DNA of 64,000 nt from Nitrosopumilus sp. (GTDB taxonomy: Archaea; Thermoproteota; Nitrososphaeria; Nitrososphaerales; Nitrosopumilaceae). Position 1 is the first letter of the stretch. Each line of letters starts with the position of its first letter. The notes below the pieces were generated by a model. The model did no database searches. It was not told the origin of the DNA and worked only from the letters and a program-made list of their open reading frames with translations. The position numbers and the translations under genes are program-made. Shown here piece after piece: positions 30,730-40,892 of this stretch. Where the stretch lies: assembly GCA_965238275.1 (NCBI GenBank), contig OZ250186.1:384001-448000 (forward strand), in the 5' to 3' direction.

Positions 30730-31608
30730 ATGAGTTCGGAGTTGAGATCAAAGAAGCTTAGAGGTTCCGGAGGATATGTGGTGGCAAGCGTCACAGACGA
30801 GCAGCAGGTAAAGGGAAACCTAGGCGGACCTGACCTGTTTCTGGCTCCAATTGGCAGATTGGATGATGAAAAAATTTCCAAGTATTTCTGCAATACATGC
30901 GACAAGGATTTTGAAGGCCCCCCAAAAATTGAATTTGAAAATCCCAACGAAGAGGTTGCAGAGAATTTGATTCTTGTAGAAAAGGGACAGTACATCTGCA
31001 GTACATGCAATATGACGATTGCAGAGTACAGGGACTTTAGAAAACCTGACGAGACCCAGGATATAGGAAGTGCAAAGCCAATAGAACCCCAAGCGACTCA
31101 GCCAGAACCAGCAGCAGCAGCAGCACAGCCAGAACCAGCAGCACAGCCAGAACCAGCAGCACAGCCAGAACCAGCAGCACAGCCAGAACCAGCAGCACAG
31201 CCAGAACCAGCAGCACAGCCAGAACCAGCAGCACAGCCAGAACCAGCAGCACAGCCAGGGGTTCAACCGGAGCCAGCAGCAGCAGCACAGCCAGAACCGG
31301 CAGCAACAACTCAGTCCAGTTCATCGTCCATAGAGACCATCGAGGAAAGGTCGGTATATGATGAGAACGCAAACAAGGTAGGCGTGGTAAGACGTATCGG
31401 TATTGATTCGACACAGTCAATGATTCTGGTTGTTACAAAAAACGACGGCACAGACATACATGTTCCATGGAGTAGTGTCAAAAAAATTGGCGAGATAATT
31501 CTTCTAGGAGAGTCACAGCCGGATGCGCCATCTGGAAAATGCGCAGGTTGCGGATTTGTAAACAAGGACGGGGCCAAGTTCTGCGAAGAGTGCGGGGCCA
31601 AAATTTAA
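30730..31608 (+). CDS. Zinc-ribbon / PRC-barrel protein with QPEPAA repeat linker
   Basis: CNTC and CSTC pairs, PRC-barrel-like segment, C-terminal CAGCG..FCEECG. Confidence 0.85.
   Translation: MSSELRSKKLRGSGGYVVASVTDEQQVKGNLGGPDLFLAPIGRLDDEKISKYFCNTCDKDFEGPPKIEFENPNEEVAENLILVEKGQYICSTCNMTIAEYRDFRKPDETQDIGSAKPIEPQATQPEPAAAAAQPEPAAQPEPAAQPEPAAQPEPAAQPEPAAQPEPAAQPEPAAQPGVQPEPAAAAQPEPAATTQSSSSSIETIEERSVYDENANKVGVVRRIGIDSTQSMILVVTKNDGTDIHVPWSSVKKIGEIILLGESQPDAPSGKCAGCGFVNKDGAKFCEECGAKI
31098..31305. repeat. 18-bp coding tandem repeat (GCACAGCCAGAACCAGCA; AQPEPA)
   Basis: About 10 near-perfect units visible. Confidence 0.9.
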
Positions 31609-31697
31609 CAGGAAATTACATCCAAAAATAACGCCCGTGTTTGGAGAGGAATCATAGTTCCCTAACAAATTTAATCAGCAACATCAACAAGCAGGCA

Positions 31698-32408
31698 ATG
31701 GGGTTTTTCTCAAGGTCTGCTAAAAGGGAGGTAGGCAAGAGCGTAGCTATCGTAGTAGTCGGAATTGTAATCATCTGGATCGTACTCCTGATAGGCTTTG
31801 GAACGATGAACCCATTCTATGTTGTTGCAAGCGGGAGCATGAGGCCGGCCCTGGAGGTATACGACGTGCTGGTGGTGCAGGGAAACATACCGTTTGAGGA
31901 TGTGCGGCCGGGCGACATCATTGTGTTTGACCGGCCCTCGGATCACGACAGGGTAATAGTCCACAGGGTGGTCTCCATCATGGACGACGATCCCAAGACC
32001 ATCATGACCAAGGGCGATGCAAACAGGGCATCAATTCCCGGAACCGACTTCCCCATCACAGAGGACGAGTACATTGGAAAGGTCATATACACGGTTCCGG
32101 ATGTGGGATACGCCACGCAGGTACTCAAGCCGCCGGTCAACTACATCATAATTGCAATTGTCATAGGGGTCGTGGTGATGAGGCAGATTAGAAAGGGCAA
32201 AAAAGAGGAGGATTCTGAAGGATCAGAGCCGTCATATGACATACCGGACATGACTGACCTGAAGAGGGATCCAGAGTACGAGGACACGGGGGTTCAGGAT
32301 GATGACAAGCCGGAGGATCTCCCGGATGATGCAGGCAAGGATGATGACAAGCCGGAGGATCTCCCGGATGATGCAGGCAAGGATGCCGGCCAGGATGACA
32401 AAAAATAA
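31698..32408 (+). CDS. Signal peptidase I (archaeal S26B type)
   Basis: VVASGSMRP, GDIIVF, IVHRV, TKGDAN motifs; acidic tail with 42-bp duplication. Confidence 0.92.
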   Translation: MGFFSRSAKREVGKSVAIVVVGIVIIWIVLLIGFGTMNPFYVVASGSMRPALEVYDVLVVQGNIPFEDVRPGDIIVFDRPSDHDRVIVHRVVSIMDDDPKTIMTKGDANRASIPGTDFPITEDEYIGKVIYTVPDVGYATQVLKPPVNYIIIAIVIGVVVMRQIRKGKKEEDSEGSEPSYDIPDMTDLKRDPEYEDTGVQDDDKPEDLPDDAGKDDDKPEDLPDDAGKDAGQDDKK

Positions 32409-32555
32409 CACATTCCATTAACCAGTTCCGTACCAGGGAACCCATTCCCCCCTCGGGCCGGATTGTTAATCCTCACACATCAGAGCAACCAAAAAGGAAC
32501 GGCCAGGGGTATGACAAGTGGGAATGCAGATGTCGCCCAAAAGTGCCACGGGTAT

Positions 32556-34082
32556 CTACAGGACCGAGTCCTTTGTCTTAAAGACCCTCTTAAAGTACTC
32601 AGAAGGCTCTGCAGGCTCCTGGATGTCATTTGTAATGCCTGCCAAATTCTTGGCAAGGTTCTTCTTGTAGCCTATCTGCATCTGCCGCTGGATCTGAATT
32701 CTCTGGGCCTGCGGCGAGCCTGCGCCATGCATCGACTCGGTAAGATAGCCTACTGCGTTTCTGCCAAGCGTCATGTTTTCAATCAGTCTCAGAATCCTCA
32801 TCCTGTTCTCAACATCGGTGCCCTTTCTGCCTACCAGGTACTTTTTGAGCAGCGGGCCGGCCTCGGGATGCCTAAAGTCCTTCTCGGAGGGAAGCGTCAC
32901 CACCAGTCCCCCTGCAATGTCCTGTGCAAGCCTGCTTATCTCATATGGGAACCGGGTCACGTTGTGCTTGCAGACCTGGGCGAGCATGTCATCGTTCAGA
33001 TAGACACCGGACTTCAACTTGTGTCCCTGGTATGATGATGCGATTCCTGCGGCAAATATGGTCTCGTTGAGGTGTGTCATCTCGGTGATCTTGTCCTTTA
33101 TGTGGGATACCTTGGGGATTCCGTTGTAGTCGGCAATGGTGGCAGCCGCGCCTATCAGGACGTCTCCAAGTCCTGTCTTGCAGACGTAGCTCCTTCGGTG
33201 GTAACAGGTAAAGCGCTCAATGAGCATCGATGCAAACTCGTGTTCCCCGTCCATGAATATGTGCTCCCATGGGATAAACACCCGATCAAGTATTATCATC
33301 GCCTCTTGGCCGCCAAACTTTGCGTTGCCGTCATCAATGTCGCCATCCTCCATGCTTCTCGTATCGCAGGACTGCCTGCCGTAGATGTAGGTGATTCCCT
33401 CCGTGTCTGCCGGAACAGCCCCTACAATGCACCAGTCCCTGTCGTTTTCAGTCAGCCGGACAGTGGGCATCAGCATTATCCAGTGCGAGTTGATGCATCC
33501 GGTCTGGTGCGCCTTTGCGCCTGAGACATAGACTCCATTCTCGTCCCTGTCCACCACTCGTGTGAACAGATCCGGGTCCTCCTGTTCTGACGGACCCTTG
33601 CTTCGATCCCCCTTTGGATCCGTCATGGCGCCGCCGATCACAAGGTTCTCCCTCTGGAGCATCTTTACAAACTCTAGAAGCCGCGTATGGTAGTTGGTGT
33701 CGTGTTTTTGGTCAATCTCAAATGTTATGGAATGCAGCGAGTTGAGTGCGTCCATCCCCACACATCTCTGAAAGCATGTGCCCGTATTCTGGCCCAGCTT
33801 CCTTTGCATCCTGTTTTGCATGACCAGATCCTCTGCGCTCTCTGCAATGTGCAGGAAACGGTTGATTCTGAGTCCAGTAAGTGAGGAGTCAGCAGAGGCA
33901 AGGCCCTCTTCGCGAACAGCAAGGTCGTACGTCTCTGCCACTGCGTTGATTGACGGCCTTATCATGGGGTGATCCACGGGTTCCTCGACAAGTTCCCCAA
34001 ACAGGTATATCTTGAGATTACGGTTTCTAAGGCTCTGAATGTAATCTTCTCCGGTTCTGATGGTTTTCAATATGTTAGCCAT
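32556..34082 (-). CDS. hcd: 4-hydroxybutyryl-CoA dehydratase (HP/HB carbon fixation cycle)
   Basis: TGTCFQRCVGMDA, MTDPKGDR, GAKAHQTG, YHRRSYVCK, SMHGAGSPQAQ motifs. Confidence 0.95.
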   Translation of the reverse strand: MANILKTIRTGEDYIQSLRNRNLKIYLFGELVEEPVDHPMIRPSINAVAETYDLAVREEGLASADSSLTGLRINRFLHIAESAEDLVMQNRMQRKLGQNTGTCFQRCVGMDALNSLHSITFEIDQKHDTNYHTRLLEFVKMLQRENLVIGGAMTDPKGDRSKGPSEQEDPDLFTRVVDRDENGVYVSGAKAHQTGCINSHWIMLMPTVRLTENDRDWCIVGAVPADTEGITYIYGRQSCDTRSMEDGDIDDGNAKFGGQEAMIILDRVFIPWEHIFMDGEHEFASMLIERFTCYHRRSYVCKTGLGDVLIGAAATIADYNGIPKVSHIKDKITEMTHLNETIFAAGIASSYQGHKLKSGVYLNDDMLAQVCKHNVTRFPYEISRLAQDIAGGLVVTLPSEKDFRHPEAGPLLKKYLVGRKGTDVENRMRILRLIENMTLGRNAVGYLTESMHGAGSPQAQRIQIQRQMQIGYKKNLAKNLAGITNDIQEPAEPSEYFKRVFKTKDSVL

Positions 34083-34224
34083 CCCATTCTATTCCTCTTC
34101 ATGCTGTATAAATATTAGAGGTTATACGGGGGATACGTGCATTCGTGCCACGGGCACGGGGCAACAATGGCCTCATATGGCAATCATGCATACGCAGGCT
34201 CTGTGTCCGGGAATGAGTTCTGGA

Positions 34225-36321
34225 TCAGAGGCCTATCCGGACATCCAGGATGCGGCATCCGCTGCCCTTCTCCATGACAAGGACCGGATTCATGTCAAGC
34301 TCCCTTATCTCCTCAAAGTCCGAGACCAGCTGGGAGAGCCTCTGGATGCACTCGGAGAGCTTGGCAGTGTCAGAGGGCTTCTCGCCACGGACCCCCTGGA
34401 GGAGCTTCTGGGTCTTGATTGAGGCAATCATGTCGTCTGCCTCCCTGTCAGTGACGGGGGCAAGCCTGAATGTGACATCCTTTAGTATCTCCACGTATAT
34501 CCCTCCCATGCCAAGCATGATTACGGGACCGAACCCGGGTTCCTGCTTGGAGCCGATGATCATCTCCTTTCCTCCCTTGACCATCTCCACAATCAAGACC
34601 CCCTTGATCTCTGCCCCGGGATCATACTTTTTGGCGTTTGCAGTGACTGTCTCAAAGGCATTCCTTACCTGGTCGTCATCTGTAAGATTTACCACGACGC
34701 CGCCGGCATCTGACTTGTGAATGATCTGGGGGGATGCAATCTTCATTACCACGGGGTATCCTATCTCTCCTGCAACCTCTACTGCCTCCTCTGCATTCTG
34801 GGCAAGCGCGCTCTCTGGCAGCGGCAGGCCGTATGCCTTGAGCACCTCCTGCCCCTCTTCCTCAAGCAGGCTTGTCCTGCTGTCCCTCTTGACTGCCGCA
34901 AAGACCTTTCTTGCCCTTGTGCGGTTTACCCTGAATCTGCGAATCGTCCCGTCCTCAGAGTCGACCCATTCTGAGAACCTGATCATTGCCGCAAGCGTGC
35001 GGATTGCCCCCTCTGCATAGGTGTAGTACGGGACGTTTCCGGCAGCCAGAATCTCCCTGTTGGTGATTCCCTCGTCCAGCCCCATCAGGCTTGCAAGCAT
35101 CGTCTTTTTGTGCTTGCCGGACATCTCTACGATTACCCTTGCAAGCCCGTCGTAGTCGAGTGTTCCGGAGGGAGTGCACATTGAGATTACCGAGCCCACG
35201 TTTGGATGCTTCAGGACATGGTCCAGCACGCCTGCAAACCGCTCAAAGCTGGCATCGCCTACAATGTCAACCGGATTCCGGGAGCTTCCCCAGGGCGGAA
35301 TGACAGCATCGATCTTCTTTCGGATGCTTGTAATGTCTGCCATCTTGATCTTCATCTTGGAGCAGACATCAGTCGAGATGATTGCAGGCCCGCCTGCGTT
35401 GGATACTATAACAAGGCCGCCCTTTGACGGAAGCGGCTGCTTGGAGAGGGCAGTGGCATAGTCAAACAGTTCCTCCATGGTATCGACCCTGATCGCACCG
35501 GACTGCTTGAGCAGGGCATCATAGATCTCATCAGAGCCCATAAGGGCCCCGGTGTGGGACATTGCAGCCTTTGCGCCCTCCGGGCTGCGTCCGGACTTGA
35601 GAACAAGGACAGGCTTTTTGAGGTTCTTGGTAATGTTCCTGCAGACCTTGAGGAATTCCTGGCCGTCGCCCATGTCCTCAAGATACATGACTATGACCTC
35701 AGTCTGCTTGTGCTCTGCCAGAATCTTCATGATGTCAACTTCGCTCATTGCAGCCTTGTTTCCAAGGCTGACTACTGCAGAGAACCCTATTCCCTGTGCG
35801 CTTGCATCCTCTACTAGCGCCGCACAGATCGCGCCGCTCTGGGACACCAGGGCTATCTTTCCTGACTTGGGGGTGATCTTTAGGAACGTGGAGTTCATCA
35901 TGGTTTTTGGATCAAGGTTCATCACTCCAAGGCAGTTTGGTCCGATAATCTGGGTTCCGTATCTGCTGGCAATCTCCTTGATCTGCTGCTCGCGTTTTGC
36001 GCCCTCCTCGTCGACCTCCTTGAAGCCGGCCGTGATAATTATGACCCCCTTGATCTTCTTCTTGCCGCACTCTTCTAGCACGGGTGCGACCAGGGTATTT
36101 TTAATGACGATTACTGCAAGATCCACCCGTTTTGGAACATCAAGGACGCTCTTGTAGGCCTTTTTGCCAAAGACAGTATCCCTTGACGGACTGATGGGGT
36201 AGATGGTTCCCTTGAATCCGTTCATTATGTTTGATGATATGGTGGCCCCCACGCTTCCCTTCTTGTCGGATGCGCCGATTATCGCAATCGACTTGGGGGA
36301 GAGGAACACGGATTTGGCCAT
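34225..36321 (-). CDS. ADP-forming 4-hydroxybutyrate--CoA ligase (NDP-forming acyl-CoA synthetase)
   Basis: GPNCLG, SQSGA, AAMSHTGAL, NPVDIVGDA, IIHKSDAGGV motifs; directly upstream of the 4HB-CoA dehydratase. Confidence 0.88.
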   Translation of the reverse strand: MAKSVFLSPKSIAIIGASDKKGSVGATISSNIMNGFKGTIYPISPSRDTVFGKKAYKSVLDVPKRVDLAVIVIKNTLVAPVLEECGKKKIKGVIIITAGFKEVDEEGAKREQQIKEIASRYGTQIIGPNCLGVMNLDPKTMMNSTFLKITPKSGKIALVSQSGAICAALVEDASAQGIGFSAVVSLGNKAAMSEVDIMKILAEHKQTEVIVMYLEDMGDGQEFLKVCRNITKNLKKPVLVLKSGRSPEGAKAAMSHTGALMGSDEIYDALLKQSGAIRVDTMEELFDYATALSKQPLPSKGGLVIVSNAGGPAIISTDVCSKMKIKMADITSIRKKIDAVIPPWGSSRNPVDIVGDASFERFAGVLDHVLKHPNVGSVISMCTPSGTLDYDGLARVIVEMSGKHKKTMLASLMGLDEGITNREILAAGNVPYYTYAEGAIRTLAAMIRFSEWVDSEDGTIRRFRVNRTRARKVFAAVKRDSRTSLLEEEGQEVLKAYGLPLPESALAQNAEEAVEVAGEIGYPVVMKIASPQIIHKSDAGGVVVNLTDDDQVRNAFETVTANAKKYDPGAEIKGVLIVEMVKGGKEMIIGSKQEPGFGPVIMLGMGGIYVEILKDVTFRLAPVTDREADDMIASIKTQKLLQGVRGEKPSDTAKLSECIQRLSQLVSDFEEIRELDMNPVLVMEKGSGCRILDVRIGL

Positions 36322-36589
36322 GGGATATGATGGATCAGGGGATTCGCATAATAATAAAGCTACTCAGGGATCGGCCATGCAGATTCATGTGCCATTCTGC
36401 GCCACGGCACATCTGAAGATTCTCCAGTCCGGATTCATGAGGTGGGTTTTTGTCTGGTGTTAGAGTGGGGGAGAAGGTGCCAGAATGCAGATGATGCATC
36501 CGGCAATTGGGGCGAGATCGGGATGGTTTGGGGATGCGTCGCAGGCAGTCCTGTAGGGATTTACAGGGTACCCATATCCGGAATATGGC

Positions 36590-36874
36590 TCAGTCCACTG
36601 TAATCTTCAAAAATGCCAGCAGTCCTACCATCTCTGCAATGCCGACACCCAGCATGTACGGGAATATTTCGTGGGAGAATATCTCTTCCATGGAAAAGTA
36701 TGCAAGGGAGCCTATGGCGTTATGCAGGAACAGCATGACGCCTACCACGATCAGGCCCAGCGGGAGCTGCGCGTGCGTCTTGGCATACATGTTGCCAAAT
36801 ATGGCGATCAGGATGCCCAGAATCCCCATGTTGACTATCGAGATTATCGAGAGTACAAGTGCTATGGGCTCCAT
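36590..36874 (-). CDS. Small membrane protein downstream of winged-helix regulator
   Basis: Three TM segments from MEPIALV; follows the ArsR-like gene. Confidence 0.75.
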   Translation of the reverse strand: MEPIALVLSIISIVNMGILGILIAIFGNMYAKTHAQLPLGLIVVGVMLFLHNAIGSLAYFSMEEIFSHEIFPYMLGVGIAEMVGLLAFLKITVD

Positions 36875-36896
36875 GGAGTGAAAGTGTCTAAATCTC

Positions 36897-37199
36897 TTAT
36901 GTACTTTTATCCAATTTTTTTTCAATGTCCTCTAGAAGCTCGATGTTAACCTCCAGGTATGCAGAGAGAAAATACGCCACGCCGTACTTTTCGCCGATGC
37001 TGGTAACAAGGTTGTTCTTTTCAAGCACCCGGATGTGGTGCTGGATTGCCTTGTAGTCAAGGCCCAGCTCGTTTGCAAGCTGGTTTATGTTGAGCGGATT
37101 CTGCTTTATCCTGGAGATGATTCTCAGGCGGTTCAGGCCCCCGCGCGTGCCGGCAAATACAAACCAGAGTAGCCTTCTGGCGTCGGGATCGTTTTTCAC
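36897..37199 (-). CDS. ArsR-like winged-helix transcriptional regulator
   Basis: LLWFVFAGTRGG, NINQLANELGLDYKAIQHHIRVL motifs. Confidence 0.9.
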   Translation of the reverse strand: MKNDPDARRLLWFVFAGTRGGLNRLRIISRIKQNPLNINQLANELGLDYKAIQHHIRVLEKNNLVTSIGEKYGVAYFLSAYLEVNIELLEDIEKKLDKST

Positions 37200-37862
37200 A
37201 ATCTGAAAGGGTTGTCAGTCTGTAACTAAAACGTATGGGATGGTATGGGGGGAGTGGGTGTTCCGGTGAAGTGGGATGGGTACTTTCGAATCATCTGCAG
37301 TCTGCCAACCGGTTGCCGGCATACAGAACGCTGTGTGGCCAGGATCCCTGTCGTGTGGCAATGCATATGGACATGGGTGTTACCTGTGGCCATAGCAGCA
37401 GGCATCTCAGGAAATGGACATGTTGCAGGGCGTAGCATACGAGTAGTTTCAAAATATGACGGCGGAAATTCCGAAGTTTTTGGAGATGCAATAATAAAAT
37501 GACAAAAAAGAATTTTTAATCAAAACCAGAAAAGCAATATGAAACAATTATCCGTTTAGATGGATTCCCGCACACAACGAAATAATGATTGTGTTGTTTT
37601 TGAGTGTCAGAAGGCATTGAGGTTAGAAAGCCTTGTTGGTGATTATTGCCCGGTATTGGCAAAATGAACCGCACGCAACCAAAAAAAGCAATCCCGTTTT
37701 ACCGGCATCCCACAAAAATCATGCACAAACAGGCATCAGACCATAGTTTTGGGTTGTCTGAGCCTTGAGAATCCAGACGCATGCAAAAACCCGGATGGTT
37801 CCAGGGCGCAGAGGGAGTTTAAAACTATAAAAAACACGCCAAGGAAACCCCCTTGAAGAGAG

Positions 37863-38744
37863 TTGTTGCTCAACTACGATGCCCCCCTGTACAGGCCGCC
37901 TTCTGAGGCAAGATCGTTGATATTTCAGGTGACGCTCGGATGCTCGTTTAACGAGTGCTCCTTTTGCGACATGTACAGGTCAAAGGAGTACTCGGAAAGA
38001 TCATGGGACGAGGTAAAAGCAGAGATCGACATGATGTCCAGATACATGCCGGAGACCAGAAGGGTATTTCTTGCAGACGGGGACGCGCTGAACCTTGACA
38101 CGGAATACATGATAAAGATTGTAAGGTACATCAAAGAAAAGTTCCGGCACATTGAGAGGATATCCTGCTATGCAATGCCGATGAACATTCTCAAAAAGAC
38201 TCCCGACGAGCTGACAAGGATGAACGAGGCAGGCCTTGACATGTTCTATCTTGGAATCGAGAGCGGATCAGACGTGGTGCTCAAAAAGGTGACAAAGGGC
38301 GCCATTGCAAAGACCATCATCAAGTCAGTCAACAAGGCAAAGGACGCAGGATACGTCATGTCGTGCATGATAATTCTCGGGCTCGGCGGCAGGACGCACT
38401 CCAAGGAGCACATCAGGGGCACTGCAGAAGTAATCAACGCATGCTCGCCGCACTACGTGGGTGCCTTGACCCTGTATCTTGAGAACGGGATAAAGCAGGA
38501 ATTCCTTGAAAAGTTCAAAGAGCCGTTTGTCAAGATTAATGATGACGAGTCGCTTGAGGAGCTCCATGACCTGATCAGCCAGATTAAGACGCAAGAGAGT
38601 GTCATATTCAGGGCAAACCACGGCTCCAATGCATATACAATCAAGGGCACCTTCCCGCAGGACAGGCAGGCGATGCTGGACAGGGTCGGGTGGATGATGC
38701 AGCACCCCGAGATTGTGCGCCCCCAGGGACTGCGCGGTTTCTAG
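37863..38744 (+). CDS. Radical SAM protein
   Basis: YRPPSEA, GCSFNECSFCDMY, GIESG, FRANHGSN motifs. Confidence 0.9.
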   Translation: MLLNYDAPLYRPPSEARSLIFQVTLGCSFNECSFCDMYRSKEYSERSWDEVKAEIDMMSRYMPETRRVFLADGDALNLDTEYMIKIVRYIKEKFRHIERISCYAMPMNILKKTPDELTRMNEAGLDMFYLGIESGSDVVLKKVTKGAIAKTIIKSVNKAKDAGYVMSCMIILGLGGRTHSKEHIRGTAEVINACSPHYVGALTLYLENGIKQEFLEKFKEPFVKINDDESLEELHDLISQIKTQESVIFRANHGSNAYTIKGTFPQDRQAMLDRVGWMMQHPEIVRPQGLRGF

Positions 38745-38752
38745 GAATTAAT

Positions 38753-39004
38753 CTAGAGGCGGTCTATGACCGGCGCCAGGTTCTCAGGCAGGTCCGGCAG
38801 CTCCGTATGGCTTTCATTGTTTTGAAGAATCTCAGGACCAATGCGCCTTACCCGCTGTGTGCCAAGAAGGGTGTCGATGCTCCTCTGAATGTCCTTCTCG
38901 GAGAGTACGGCCTTGAGCCTTTCAGTGACAGTCTCCTCGTCCTCATACTTTTTAATCGCATGCTGTACAAGGATTATCTTCTCCTCGTATGAGAAATCTG
39001 CCAT
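38753..39004 (-). CDS. Conserved hypothetical protein
   Basis: Start MADFSYEEKII with upstream TATA (TTTATAAT); globular composition. Confidence 0.75.
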   Translation of the reverse strand: MADFSYEEKIILVQHAIKKYEDEETVTERLKAVLSEKDIQRSIDTLLGTQRVRRIGPEILQNNESHTELPDLPENLAPVIDRL

Positions 39005-39067
39005 GCCCCGGATGGCCTCCGGACTATTATAAATGGTTAAAATACATGACACGCGTAACCATTCCAG

Positions 39068-39559
39068 ATGGCAGGCAAGCTGGAGATTGTTTCAAACGTA
39101 CTGAGGATCAGGAGGTATGCCACAATAGCAGTAGTCAGCGGGCTGGGGCTGGGCGCGATATACTATCTTCTGACCATGTCCATGCTGCCTGTGCACATTG
39201 GCATAGTATCTGAATTCATGCCGTTCTACCTTGCCTCATCCATCGCACTCACGGCCGCAGTGTCCGGTCTTGCGGGAATCAACTTTGCCATGATGGCATT
39301 CAAGATCAGCAGGATGAGGATGATGAGGTCTGTAAAGTCAGACTCGTCTGCCGTGCTTGGAGGCGCGTTTGCAGCATTCACCCCCGGGTGTCCTGCGTGT
39401 ACTGCGCCCCTGGCAGTGATCCTGGGTGCAGTCGGAGGGCTGTCGCTGTTCCCCATGCAGGGCCTGGAACTAAAGTTCGTCTCAGTCGGGGTGCTGTGCT
39501 TTTCCATATGGTGGATTGCAAGGGGGCTTCAGACCCGCAGCTGCTGCAAGATAGGATGA
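39068..39559 (+). CDS. Membrane protein with GCPAC motif
   Basis: Four to five TM segments, TPGCPAC motif and C-terminal CC. Confidence 0.75.
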   Translation: MAGKLEIVSNVLRIRRYATIAVVSGLGLGAIYYLLTMSMLPVHIGIVSEFMPFYLASSIALTAAVSGLAGINFAMMAFKISRMRMMRSVKSDSSAVLGGAFAAFTPGCPACTAPLAVILGAVGGLSLFPMQGLELKFVSVGVLCFSIWWIARGLQTRSCCKIG

Positions 39560-39603
39560 CTCTTCACCGTCTGAGTTCCCGCGTATATGACACACGGCAT
39601 CTC

Positions 39604-40053
39604 TCACTTGGGATTCCTCTCAAAGAAGAGCGCTGACTGCTTGAATCCCAGATTCTTGTAGAATCCGTGGGCGTCTGTCCTCTGGTTTCCGGATTCCAGC
39701 CTCATCCTGTGGCATTCCTTCTTCCCTGCAATATGCGCGCACTTGTCGACAAGCTTCTCCCCTATTCCCATCCCCCTATACTCCGGGAGGACTACCATTT
39801 CCGGGATGTACATCTCGGGGGTCTTTTGGTTGAGCCGTGGCAGCAGAATCATGCTCATCATGCCTACAATCTTTACATCGTCAATCTCTGCCACAAGTAC
39901 GTACTTGTCGGGGTCCATGATGTATCCCATGAGGCGTTTTCTGAACAGATCAACATCAGCATCCTCCTGCGGTTTTGGGCGTCCAAGATCGTAGAGCAGT
40001 CCGAGTATGACAGGGACATCAGCATCGGTGCCATCCCTGATGAGGCAATTCAT
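39604..40053 (-). CDS. GNAT family N-acetyltransferase
   Basis: VVLPEYRGMGIG acetyl-CoA motif, AHGFYKNLGF; start MNCLIRD at 40053. Confidence 0.9.
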   Translation of the reverse strand: MNCLIRDGTDADVPVILGLLYDLGRPKPQEDADVDLFRKRLMGYIMDPDKYVLVAEIDDVKIVGMMSMILLPRLNQKTPEMYIPEMVVLPEYRGMGIGEKLVDKCAHIAGKKECHRMRLESGNQRTDAHGFYKNLGFKQSALFFERNPK

Positions 40054-40118
40054 AGGGTAAACAGGTCGTCTCAGGTATAAAGCCCATCCCCTTGGGCAAT
40101 GCCGCCGCCGCCGCCGCA

Positions 40119-40892
40119 CTAGACCCTTGAAAAGAGGAGCTCAAGGCATTCCCCGAACCGCCCGTTCAATCTCTGAAGGCGGGTCTGGTCCATCTCAAGG
40201 GAGTCCCCGTCAAACCAAGGCGGTGCCAGATACATGCCCCGGTTCATCTCAATCTGAATCCACGGTACCGGGTTGTTGCCGTATGTCCTGGTTATGTGGC
40301 CCCCGTGGAACGGACTGTTAATGGAGACGTCCTTCCTGTCCACCTGGAACGACTCGGATATGCAGTCGGCCAGAAGATGTATCATCTCCCCAGACGAGGT
40401 CCTGCCGTCCCAGTTTGATATGCAGAATTGCGGCCTGCCGCTCTTGTTCCCGTCCGGGGAGACATCAGGCGCATGCGAGGCCATGGAGTGGCAGTCAAGG
40501 CACACCTGCACGTCCAGCTCCCGGAGGCTCCTTTGAATCTCCCTATGGTACGGCATGTAGTACCTTTGAACCAGAAGGGACCTGAGGGACTCGTCAGGCT
40601 CGGCGCCGGTGCGGTATATGGGCCTCTGATGGCACGTGGCGCTTTTTATCAGGCCGTCAGGATTCTGCGGGGGCATGGCATGCAGGGAGCGGTTCAGATC
40701 AACAAATGTCCGCGCAACGTCAGCCTTTACCACGTGCTGCACCATCTCCCCCAGATCGTAAATCTCAGCCACAAACGGGTCAGAGTCATCAAAGAGATCC
40801 TTCCCAGTTATGGACAGGCGGCCCTGCAGCTCCTGCGGTGTCGCTGTTCCGCCGTGGGGTATTGACAGGAGCGCCGGCAGTGCCGTCGTCAT
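40119..40892 (-). CDS. N-formylglutamate amidohydrolase family protein
   Basis: SIPHGG, VDLNR, YYMPYH, LDCHSM, PFHGGHIT, IQIEMNR motifs. Confidence 0.9.
   Translation of the reverse strand: MTTALPALLSIPHGGTATPQELQGRLSITGKDLFDDSDPFVAEIYDLGEMVQHVVKADVARTFVDLNRSLHAMPPQNPDGLIKSATCHQRPIYRTGAEPDESLRSLLVQRYYMPYHREIQRSLRELDVQVCLDCHSMASHAPDVSPDGNKSGRPQFCISNWDGRTSSGEMIHLLADCISESFQVDRKDVSINSPFHGGHITRTYGNNPVPWIQIEMNRGMYLAPPWFDGDSLEMDQTRLQRLNGRFGECLELLFSRV

Noticed and set aside
30354-31010. 327-aa thioredoxin ORF with a long N-terminal extension
   Set aside because: The extension is antisense to the zinc-ribbon gene; the thioredoxin starts at 30353.
30820-31420. Cys/Trp-rich and Leu/Val-rich repeat ORFs (CCWFWL, VLAVLL); similarly LAGF/FWLV ORFs at 55225-55627
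   Set aside because: These are shadow frames of the AQPEPA and QKTS coding repeats.
37226-37502. Small ORFs in the long intergenic region
   Set aside because: Overlapping short ORFs with no motifs or clear coding signal.
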